The notes under the pieces are model-generated. The model ran no database searches. It saw only the letters and a list, made by a program, of their open reading frames with translations, and was not told the origin of the DNA. A stretch of DNA of 64,000 nt. Origin: Centroscyllium fabricii. Lineage: Eukaryota. The stretch covers positions 100,006,001 through 100,070,000 of the forward strand of contig JBNRSN020000007.1 in assembly GCA_051313645.2 (NCBI GenBank). The letters run 5' to 3'. Positions 35,939 through 46,026 of the stretch are shown here, piece after piece (the stretch's first letter is position 1; the number at the start of each line of letters is the position of its first letter). A program made the position numbers and the translations under genes.

Positions 35939-36620
35939 CGCTCACTCTCACACTCTCACTCGCTCACTCTCACCCGCTCACTCTCACCCGCTCACTCTCA
36001 CCCGCTCACTCTCACCCGCTCACTCTCACCCGCTCACTCTCACCCGCTCACTCTCACCCGCTCACTCTCACCCGCTCACTCTCACCCGCTCACTCTCACC
36101 CGCTCACTCTCACCCGCTCACTCTCACCCGCTCACTCTCACCCGCTCACTCTCACCCGCTCACTCTCACCCGCTCACTCTCACCCGCTCACTCTCACCCG
36201 CTCACTCTCACCCGCTCACTCTCACGCGCTCACTCTCACGCGCTCACTCTCACGCGCTCACTCTCACGCGCTCACTCTCACGCGCTCACTCTCACGCGCT
36301 CACTCTCACGCGCTCACTCTCACGCGCTCACTCTCACGCGCTCACTCTCACGCGCTCACTCTCACGCGCTCACTCTCACGCACTCACTCTCACGCACACA
36401 CACACACACTCACTCATACACTCACTCATACACTCACTCATACACTCACACTCTCACTTGCTCACTTACACTCACACACTCACATACTCACTCACATACT
36501 CACTCACATACTCACTCACATACTCACTCACATACTCACTCACATACTCACTCACATACTCACTCACATACTCACTCACATACTCACTCACATACTCACT
36601 CACACCCACCACACACACTC
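35939..36620. repeat. Minisatellite of 14-bp and 12-bp units
   Basis: (CTCACTCTCACCCG)n, then (CTCACTCTCACGCG)n, then (CTCACTCACATA)n. Confidence 0.95.
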
Positions 36621-37134
36621 TACACTGAATAGACCAAATAGCTTATAACCATATAAAACAAACTTCATTTACCATTTAAAATTACAACCAAAAATAACTT
36701 TAAAAAAATACAGGATTGACTTATTGGAAATTAATATTAAGAGCAAACCAGTCAACCAGTCAATAAGATACTTTCTATGCTAAAGCAGCCTAAATACAAA
36801 TTTGCAGTTAGAGGTGGGGAAGAGCGGAGATTGTTAAATGAACAGGTCTGAGACTTCACTGTACATGAAAACAACCTGGCTTTTAGCCGTAACCATTTTA
36901 CAATCAGGGCGATAGATCCATTTTAGTATTTTTAATTTCATGTCAGCGGGTTAATGTCTGAAAAATGAATCTTGCCAGCACAATGTTAACAATGGATGTT
37001 CAGGCAGCTCAGTGGCAAAATCAGGGGATTTTTTTAAAACAAAAAAATCTATCCCCTCCCCCCCTTTACCATTATTTGTGATGATTGAGACCCTGGTGCA
37101 CTGAAGACACAATTACAGCTGTTTAGAAAGATAG

Positions 37135-37410
37135 ACTTGCATCTATATAGCGTCTTTAACAACCTCAGGGCGTCCCAAACAATTAAGTACTTTTTGAAAT
37201 GTAGTTACTGTTGTAATGTAGGAAATGCGGCAGCCAATTTGTGCATGGCAAGCTCCCACAAACAGCAATATGATAATGACCAGATAATCTGTTTTAGCAG
37301 TGATGGTTGAAGAATAAATGTTGGCCAGGACACCGGGGATAACCTCTCTGCTCTCCTTCAAAATAGTGCCATGAGAAGGCAGACGAGGCCTCGGTTTAAC
37401 GTCTCATCCT
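37135..37410 (-). mobile_element. DeuSINE (SacSINE1-like) fragment
   Basis: Reverse complement of the family at 62440-62830 (GATGAGACGTTAAACCGAGG...TATATAGATGCAAG). Confidence 0.75.
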
Positions 37411-37586
37411 AGAATGTATTTTGAAATGATGTAAATTAAATGGCTTAAGAGGTGCCATGCATGCCCAGTGTCCATCTACCTTCAACAATACTAGAAAACA
37501 GTGAGTTTTCAGGACTATCACCCTGCTCCTGGCTTGTACAAATCCCCATTTGAATTGTAAACTCATGTAGATAAATCTTAAAGTAT

Positions 37587-38058
37587 CATAGAGTCATACA
37601 GCACAGAAAGAGGCCCTTCGGCCCATCATGTCCGCACCAGCCATCAAGCCCAGTCTATTCTAATCCTATTTTCCAGCACTTGGTCCGTAGCCTTGTATGC
37701 TATGGCATTTCAAGTGCTCATCTAAATGCTTATTGAATGTTGTGAGGGTTCCTGCCTCTACCACCCTTTCAGGCAGTGAGTTCCAGATTCCAACCACCCT
37801 CTGGGTGAAAAAGTTCTTCCTCAAATCCCCTCTAAACCTCCTGCCCCATACCTTGAAACTGTGCCCCCTGGTTATTGACCCCTCTACTAAGGGGAAAAGT
37901 TCCTTTCTATCTACCCTATCTATGCCCCTCATAATTTTGTACATCTCAATCAGGTCCCCCCTCAGCCTTCTCTGCTCTAAGGAAAACAACCCCAGCCTGC
38001 CCAGTCTCTCTTCATAGCTGAAGCGCTCCAGCCCAGGTAACATCCTGGTGAATCTCAG
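37587..38058 (-). mobile_element. CR1 LINE 3' fragment
   Basis: ORF RFTRMLPGLERFSYEERL...[15 protein letters not shown]. Confidence 0.9.
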
Positions 38059-38576
38059 CTGTAGCCGCACCCTGATGGTTGAATTGGGAAGTGCATCACC
38101 TGATGTAATGAATCATACAGACCAGGAAGGCCACAGGTTCTACGTTAGCTGATCTTACCTGGGGTAGAAGTTGGAGCACGACAATTGAACTCCTGGGCTA
38201 GGGTGGAGGAAACAAGCATAGCTCCTGCTCAATGTTCAGTGACCGCTGCTTAAAAGTGGCATGTGTAGATTTTGGGTGAGAATATGGCTGTGATTCCTGC
38301 TTGGTTAAATAGTCTGTTTATGACTCGCACAAGAAGGCAAGGTAAAGGAGGGCTAGCACCATTGGAACTGCATCCCATCAGGGCTGGCCCTTTCGGAAGA
38401 AGAGGCGAGAACATGGGGGGGGGGGGGGGAATAGAAGATGCCTGGCGTGATTGCTCTTTCAGTGAAATTGTCCCAAAGAATATTATTGTGCCCCATACTC
38501 TGTTCAGGGAAGCGTTAGGACACTGGAGAATGCGCTAACTAGAAAACAGAGAGAAGTTACACTGCAATACAACATG

Positions 38577-38794
38577 ATGTGGAGGTGCCGGTGTTGGACT
38601 GGGGTGGACAAATGCAAGAAGTCACACAACACCAGGTATAGTCCAACAGTTTTATTTGAAATCACAAGCTTTCGGAGCTTTTGCCCCTTCGTCAGGTCTC
38701 TCTTTCACCTGACGAAGGGGCAGAAGCTCCAAAAGCTTGTGATTTAAAATAAAACTGTTGGACTATAACCTGGTGTTGTGTGACTTCTTGCATT
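38577..38794. mobile_element. Penelope-like hairpin insertion
   Basis: Inverted arms; 12-bp flanking duplication TGCAATACAACA. Confidence 0.8.
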
Positions 38795-38877
38795 TGCAAT
38801 ACAACAGACTGGGATGCCACTAACTATAACGAATCTCCTGCGATTTGTGTCAGTATTTGCAGCATACTGTTACTTAC

Positions 38878-38982
38878 CACTATAGCCGAGAAGAGCAGAC
38901 ACGATGAGCAGTAGAATCCCGAGAGCCGAGCTGGGGATCAGCTGAACGGTGCTGTAGTAATTCACAGCCAGCAACAGCGCAC
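38878..38982 (-). CDS. Host gene exon 2: (G)ALLLAVNYYSTVQLIPSSALGILLLIVSALLGYS
   Basis: tcag|GT...AGTG|gtaagt, 105 nt, phase 1-1, hydrophobic, in frame with exon 3. Confidence 0.85.
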
Positions 38983-39065
38983 CTGACACACACAAAGGAA
39001 ATAAACAAGGGAATTTTTAAGATGGCAAGACATTTGGAAGAAAATAATTTGATGAATTAACTGTA

Positions 39066-39187
39066 ATGTGGAGGTGCCGGTGTTGGACTGGGGTGGACAA
39101 ATGCAAAAAGTCACACAACACCAGGTTTATAGTCCAACGGTTTTATTTTAAATCACAAGCTTTCGGAGCGCTGCTCCTTCCTCAGGT
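39066..39187 (-). mobile_element. Penelope-like single terminal arm in intron 1
   Basis: Same sequence as the long arm of the other copies. Confidence 0.75.
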
Positions 39188-39234
39188 AACAAAGAGAAAT
39201 GAATTAACTGGAGCAATTTATTTTCAGCGCTTAC

Positions 39235-39301
39235 CTGCACAGGTGCTGAGAATCCCCATGGAATAGTACAGGGTCTCGGTGGTCCCGTGTTCTTGTGGCA
39301 T
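39235..39301 (-). CDS. Host gene exon 1 (coding part): MPQEHGTTETLYYSMGILSTCA
   Basis: GAGATGC start, GCAG|gtaagc donor, phase 1, TATA box about 160 nt upstream. Confidence 0.75.
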
Positions 39302-39460
39302 CTCAAGGTCTGGCAAGTGTACAGATTTGTTGAAAACTCGCTGTCTGAGCTGAGCTCTGTGAAATGTGATAAGTCTCTTCAACGTTTTAGAAGGACGCCA
39401 GTCTAATCTCTGCAATGTACTGCAACTAACTTCCCGATCCCCGGGTTAACCTTCCCATTC

Positions 39461-39467
39461 TTTTATA
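39461..39467 (-). promoter_or_regulatory. TATA box of the host gene
   Basis: TATAAAA on the minus strand upstream of exon 1, with CCAAT/ATTGG boxes near 39504 and 39533. Confidence 0.55.
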
Positions 39468-40222
39468 TCAACTCTCCACGCCCTCCTTTCAGAGTCCCGA
39501 GTCATTGGATACGCAAATCTGACAGAAAACTTCCAATGAGGTGTTTCAGACACGCGGTCATTTTCATAAAGGACTCTTTTCGACATAAAATCCTCATTGT
39601 TTACAGAGCTTTTAAAATCGCGATTAAAGTGAAACGATATTTATAACAGCCTGGCGTCCGTTTTATAATGAAACAGAACAAGCAATCTATTAAATACAGA
39701 GAGACCGAGTTACATCTGAGGTGTGAGACATCTCATGGAGTGCTGCTGTTTCAGGGGAGCTGTACAGATGAACAGGAAGGAGGATCAGTAGGGATTAGCA
39801 GAAACGTCAACCTTTACTGGAGGGGCAAAATCAGCGGCAGGGTTTAGCGGCAATGTATATATCCACAAGGAACTGAAACAATGCGCGAATGAACCGATGG
39901 GCGAGGTCCCGCAACTGAGGCAGTCCCTTCACCCGAAGGTTAACCTCCCCGCCTTTAGATTCTGTTCCACCGGCTATGTCTTGTTTTATTTAAGATTTTC
40001 TTCGTTTGCGGTTTTATCTCAAGAAGGGAGAATGTTGGAAATCTGAAATAAACCAGATCGTCCAGCTGCGGAAACGTCCCGTTTTCCCATTAAACCCAGT
40101 ATCGGTAGAACGGCTAATGTTACCATTAAGAGCAAAGGGCTCTTACTAATAGGACTGGGGTTGATAGAAAGGATGATACCATTAGGGTTATGGCTGGGCA
40201 GAAAGTACAGCCTCTGTTGATG

Positions 40223-40501
40223 ATGTGGAGGTGCCGGTGTTGGACTGGGGTGGACAAATGCAAGAAGTCACACAACACCAGGTTATAGTCCAGCAGTTTT
40301 ATTTGAAATCACAAACTTTCGGAGCGCTACTCCTTCATCAGGTGAAGTGTCAAGATTCATTTAAACACAGCTTATATATATATAGAGAGAGAACAATGTG
40401 GTCTCTCCAACTGTTCCACATCACACCTCAGCAGAGACATCAAAGCAATTTCAAATAAAACTGTTGGACTATAACCTGGTGTTGTGTGACTTCTTGCATT
40501 T
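40223..40501. mobile_element. Penelope-like insertion with inverted end
   Basis: Same termini; flanking duplication AGCCTCT(G/A)TTGA. Confidence 0.8.
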
Positions 40502-41499
40502 AGCCTCTATTGAGACTCAGCTGCCTTTTACAAAATTCCCATCGTGTATTGACTGAGAGGAGCACAGCTATTTCAAGGAACGGACTACAAGTAGAAAAAT
40601 ATCAAGAGATCGGCGCCAAAAACCGGATTCACACATCGGCCTTGGGGAATCGATCCCATCTTGTCGCGCTCAGTCTGTAGCTAACTCATGAATAAATAAT
40701 CGGGACCTGATATATTATATTACAGAACGATTGGGCAAGGGCTGGGAAATAACGTCTTTGGCCAGCAATGCGGAATAAACGACTACACTGATACTGAGAT
40801 CAATATAATTTACCCTTTTCTTTGTATAACGTTAGATTTCTTCCTGGTCTGGGCGAGAGCTAGTGATCCATAAACTTATTTCCGACAGCGGCTGTCACGA
40901 TAGTAAAGGATTCTTGCGCTAATGCTGTAATTGTAGTTGCAATTAAAGACTGTTTCCTGAAAACGGAAATAATCCGATTATAAAGGCAGCTCGGAAATAA
41001 TTTAAAGTTAATCCTATTTTCCCGGCACGACGTCCCAGTGCACAGTGGTGGGTTTATCTCCCTATCATGTTGGCATCCCTATCCCTGCTAGTATTGCTGA
41101 AAGTTTGTGCAAAGCTGTAATATATTAATCATCAAGTCTTGGACTGGAATCATACTGCACGGCGTGCGAGCACAGCAGCGCGCTGGAGGGTGGCTTCAGT
41201 GTGCTGGGTAGTGCCCCGTGTTAACAGTGCCACGTTTGCATTGATGAGGCCCCCAAACCGTGCATTAGTGGACAGCTGGGTATACACATGGGCAAATACA
41301 TGCTGCACTGAACCATACCCGTACTTACATTGGACGGCCCAGTTCAAAATCAAACTCAAATGATTGAATTACAATTTAGACGGTGCCATTACTATTTGCG
41401 GGAGATGGTCTATGTTACTAAATTCGACATCTGCTTTGACTTTTCGGGCACAGAGCCAGTCAGCGCATTCAACCACTTTAACTTTTAATGACTGTCTAC

Positions 41500-41672
41500 A
41501 ACAGGTTAAAGAGGTTTTTCTAGCGCGTATGTATTCCATCTCTGCTTTGGCGAAGTATTTAACAGCGAAACTTGTTTGTGCTGTGCTTGAATCGCCTATG
41601 GGGAAGAATGCAGCACAACAATTAATCATGAGTTGTTATATACTAACAAAATCTAACATTTTTTACTCTGGA
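41500..41672 (+). repeat. 173-bp segment duplicated at 45582-45754
   Basis: Direct copies, 3 mismatches seen; the second copy ends at the N gap. Confidence 0.9.
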
Positions 41673-42356
41673 TAAAAATATGTGTCGCTTCTTCTTTGGT
41701 GACCCAGCTCAGCCCAGGAACAGCAGCGGCCTGTCCCCACAGCCAGGGGCCGCTCCAACCATACAGCACAAGGGGCGGTGTTTGAGCGCCGGCTGAGAAT
41801 CGCTGGCCCTTTCGCCCGCCCAAGAAGGGGATTTTCTCTCGAGTTTCCGCTCAAAATCATTTGCATATTACTGAATGCAAAACCCGCCACGAATCAGCGC
41901 AATCAGGCAGCGTTTTAAAGCGTAATATATATATATTAAAAATTTGCTTTAAAAATATTCCTTGACATATTTAAGAGTGGTAACTTGGTGCAGTTTGATT
42001 AATACAGCTGACAGCAGGTTTTATCACAAAAAATAAGCATTTTCAATCACAGCGTCAATCTACCAGCTGAGTAACCTGATTTAAGCTTACTGAAAATTAC
42101 TTTAAAAAATCATACAGAACCATTTGCTTGTTCTGTTGGGGTACAGTCTTCAGTTCCTTAGTAATAAAAATAGCTACCCACAGCTTTTAAAACATGCCTA
42201 TTAGTGTCCTTGCGCCTAAAATAAAAACACTTAGGGGGAAATATTCGGTGGCGCCCATTTTTGGGCGCTAACCTCGGCGGTGCGCTACTTTTAGCGCCCG
42301 CCTCATGCTGGCGCCGTCCCTCGTGATAGTCCCTTGTAGTGCCCAAAGTAGGAGGT

Positions 42357-42528
42357 NNNNNNNNNNNNNNNNNNNNNNNNNNNNNNNNNNNNNNNNNNNN
42401 NNNNNNNNNNNNNNNNNNNNNNNNNNNNNNNNNNNNNNNNNNNNNNNNNNNNNNNNNNNNNNNNNNNNNNNNNNNNNNNNNNNNNNNNNNNNNNNNNNNN
42501 NNNNNNNNNNNNNNNNNNNNNNNNNNNN
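42357..42528. other. Assembly gap (172 N) followed by a GA-rich simple repeat
   Basis: N run; (GGGAGA)-like tract 42529-42649. Confidence 0.99.
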
Positions 42529-42989
42529 GAGAGGGGAGGGGGGGAGAGGGGGAAGGGAGAGGGAGGGAGAGAAGGGGGAAGGGAGAGGGAGGGAGAGAAG
42601 GGGGGAGGGAGAGAAGGGGGGAGGGAGAGAAGGGGGGAGGGAGAGAGAGCCTGGCAGTGAAACAAACCACTTAGAGCTGTCAATCATCAACTTGCATTTA
42701 CATTTTGTTGACAGTGGATTGTGATGTCACAATGTACTGAAACCACGGAAAGAAACAGACCAGACCAGTTAGAGCTGTCAATCATGGGCTCTGCTGGTTA
42801 CACAGTGCGAAGCCCGCCGGCTTTCTATCTAAAATCAATCAATTGGCAGGGGCTTCCCACACGCGGGGATTTAATTGGTCAATTGAGCCAAAATTGCGTG
42901 GGGTTCTGACACCCTTCTGAAAGCGGGAAGAAAAAGTGATCAGCGAGGAACCCACCAATTCCCCATACCTTGAGGAAAATTGATCCCTT

Positions 42990-44722
42990 TGTTTCTGTCT
43001 TCATGGAGGAAGGCACAAAAAACTTCCCAGAAATAGTAGAAAACCAAGGGTTTGGTGAGAATGAGGAACTAAAAGAAATTATTATTAGTAAAAAACAGTA
43101 CTAGCAAAATGAATGGGACTAAAAGTCGATAAATCCCAAAGACTGGATGATCTATATCCTAGGATTTTGAAAAAGGTGGCCATTGGGATATCTTCCAAAA
43201 TTCTAGAATGGTTCCTGTAGATTGGAGGATAACAAAGGTAACCCTGCTATTTAAGAAAGGAAGGAAAGAGAAAATTGGGAACTACAGACTTGTTAGCCTC
43301 ACATCAGTAGTTGGGAAAATGCTGGAATCTATTATAAAGGATGCAATAACTGGGTACTTAGAAACTAGTACAGGTTGAGCACTGTTTATCTGTTACCGGA
43401 AACGCTGGCAACTTCAGTCGTCCGGTATAAATCACCCCGACTGTCCTGCGCATGCGCAAACTGGCCGCCGCGATCGATGCTTCGGTGAATGATCTGTGCA
43501 TGCACCGCCGAACGGTGAGCGCATGCGCAGATCGTTCAAAACGGCCGCCAGACGAGCCGGGCCTTCCGTGATGTCAGGGCACGGCGGCTCGCGCCATGTT
43601 TTGAATGTGCCAGTCCTGAGCGCCCGCCATGGTGAAGCGCGCGGTTCCCCGGAGCAGCCTGCAGGCCGTCATCAGGAGGCACAAACTGCAGCTGAGACTC
43701 AGCAAGGACATTTGGTGGCCATTTCCAATGTGGCCATTTTGAATGGTGCGCGCACTGGCTGGCTTCATTCTACCGGTTTTTTCGCTCTACCGGCGTGGGC
43801 CTAGTCCTGCCCGTGATGGTATCACGGTGCTCAACCTGTAGTAAGGTTGGGCAGAGTCAACATGGATTTATGAAAGGGAAATCCTGTTTAATAAACCTAT
43901 TGGAGTTCTTTGAGGATGTAACTAGTGGAGTAGACAAAGGGGAACCGGTAGATGTGGTGTATTTGGATTTTCAGAAGGCCTTCGATAAGGTCCCACACAA
44001 GAGGTTGGTGAACCAAATTAGGGCACATGGAATTGGGGTTAATATACTAGCATGGATTGAGAATTGGTTAACAGACAGAAAACAAGAGTAGAGATAAACA
44101 GATCTTTTTTAGAATGGCAGGATGTGACTAGTGGGGTACCGCAAGGATCGGTGCTTGGGCCCCAGCTATTCACAATCTATATCAATGATTTCGATGAGAG
44201 GACTAAATGTAACATTTCCAAATTTGCTGATGACACAAAGCTAGGTGGCAGTGTCAGTTGCAAAGAGGATGTGAAGAGGCTTCAAAGGGATCGTGACAGG
44301 CTCAGTGAGTGGGTGAGAACATGGCAGATGGAATATAATGTCAATAAATGTGAAGTTATCCACTTTGGTAGAAAAAACAGAAAGGCAGAGTATTTCCTAA
44401 ATAGTGAAAGATTGGCGAATGCAGATGCTCAAAGGGACCTGGGTGTCCTTGTACATGAGTCACTGAAAGTGAATGTGCAGGTGTAGCAAGCCATTAGGAA
44501 GGCAAATGGTATGCTGGCCTTCATTACAAGAAGATTTGAGTACAGGAGTAAAGAAGTCTTACTGCAATTATATAGGGCCTTGGTGAGACCACACCTGGAG
44601 TACTGTGTACAATTTTGGACTCATTACCTGAGGAAGGATATACTTGCCATAGAGGGAGTGCAACAAAGGTTCACAAGATTGATTCCTGGGATGGCGGGAC
44701 TATCACATGAGAAGAGATTAAA
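42990..44722 (+). mobile_element. CR1 ORF2 fragment interrupted by a MITE
   Basis: QHGFMKGKSC, YLDFQKAFDKV, GVPQGSVLGP, FADDTK motifs. Confidence 0.92.
43371..43838. mobile_element. Tigger/pogo-like MITE
   Basis: TIRs CAGGTTGAGCAC / GTGCTCAACCTG, TA TSD on both sides. Confidence 0.85.
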
Positions 44723-44861
44723 AGTTTTGTTTAAAATAGTTATTTCATGTAATTTATAGTTATTTTAAAAATGCGATAAAAAAAATAAAAATTTGACGTT
44801 TTAGGGATGTTTTGGGGCTTATAGTATTTATAGTTTTGACAGCTCTTCCTGTCAATTTTGC

Positions 44862-45580
44862 CATGCTGCCATGAGGAACCTCATCGAGCAGACCATTGGG
44901 GTACTAAAGCCATGACCGCTCAGGAGGAGACCATCAGTACACGCCGGAGCGGGTGTCCCATTTTGTGGTGGTCTGCTGCATCCTCCACAACTTGGCCATC
45001 ATGAGGGTGCAGCCCTTGCCACCACAGGTTCCACGACCACCTCAGGAGGAGAAGGATGAAGAGGAAGAGGAAGTGGAGGAGGAGGGAGGGGAGGCAGGCA
45101 GCAGATCCCAGGTCCTGATGGGCTGTCCGTGAGAGCCTCATCAGACTCTAGTTCCCCCGAATGAAACCCCAGGTCCCCATTGCTCAACACTTCCCCACAT
45201 TACCATCCCTCTATCATGGGACATCACAGCGTCCTCTTGGGCATAAAGCTGAAATGAAACCCACCATAAAACAAACATTTCAACCATAATTTGTGCATTC
45301 CCTTAGTGCCTGTCTTTTGTGTTCCTTTGCCTATTCTCGTGCTCCTACGCAGTGCTACTCCAATGGCTGCAGCATGGCTGGTGGAAGGCTACTGACTTTC
45401 CATGGGGGAAACTGCAGATGCTCTTGCAGGACGACCTCGAGCAGCTCTGGGCCTAGGAGGCCCGGCTGTAGACTGCATCACCTCGGCATGGATGGCAGCA
45501 GTCTGGACTGGCTGTCTGCCAGATAGCAGCAAGGGCGTTGGCGGAATGGCAGTGATGGGAGTATAAATGCTGTCATCCTG
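44862..45580 (+). mobile_element. Harbinger transposase C-terminal remnant and 3' region
   Basis: Translates HAAMRNLIEQTIGVLK...QYTPERVSHFVVVCCILHNLAIMR followed by an acidic tract, as in PIF/Harbinger (HARBI1-like) transposases. Confidence 0.75.
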
Positions 45581-45754
45581 AAACAGGTTAAAGAGGTTTT
45601 TCTAGCGCGTATGTATTCCATCTCTGCCTTGGCGAAGTATTTAACAGCGAAACTTGTTATTGCTGTGCTTGAATCGCCTATGGGGAAGAATGCAGCACAA
45701 CAATTAATCATGAGTTGTTATATACTAACAAAATCTAACATTTTTTACTCTGGA

Positions 45755-45954
45755 NNNNNNNNNNNNNNNNNNNNNNNNNNNNNNNNNNNNNNNNNNNNNN
45801 NNNNNNNNNNNNNNNNNNNNNNNNNNNNNNNNNNNNNNNNNNNNNNNNNNNNNNNNNNNNNNNNNNNNNNNNNNNNNNNNNNNNNNNNNNNNNNNNNNNN
45901 NNNNNNNNNNNNNNNNNNNNNNNNNNNNNNNNNNNNNNNNNNNNNNNNNNNNNN
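45755..45954. other. Scaffold gap (200 N)
   Basis: Run of exactly 200 N, typical of a join of unknown size. Confidence 0.99.
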
Positions 45955-46026
45955 GCCATTTGGCAACGGGCCATGGACCAAGTCTTACAGGGGATCAAGG
46001 GAACACAATGTTACCTTGATGACATC

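Noticed and set aside
35853-36648. His/Ser/Thr-rich ORFs of 240-259 aa
   Set aside because: Translations of the minisatellite
39520-39680. IRF-like (AAAGTGAAAC) and NF-kB-like motifs suggesting immune inducibility
   Set aside because: Short imperfect matches expected by chance; conservation or expression data would be needed
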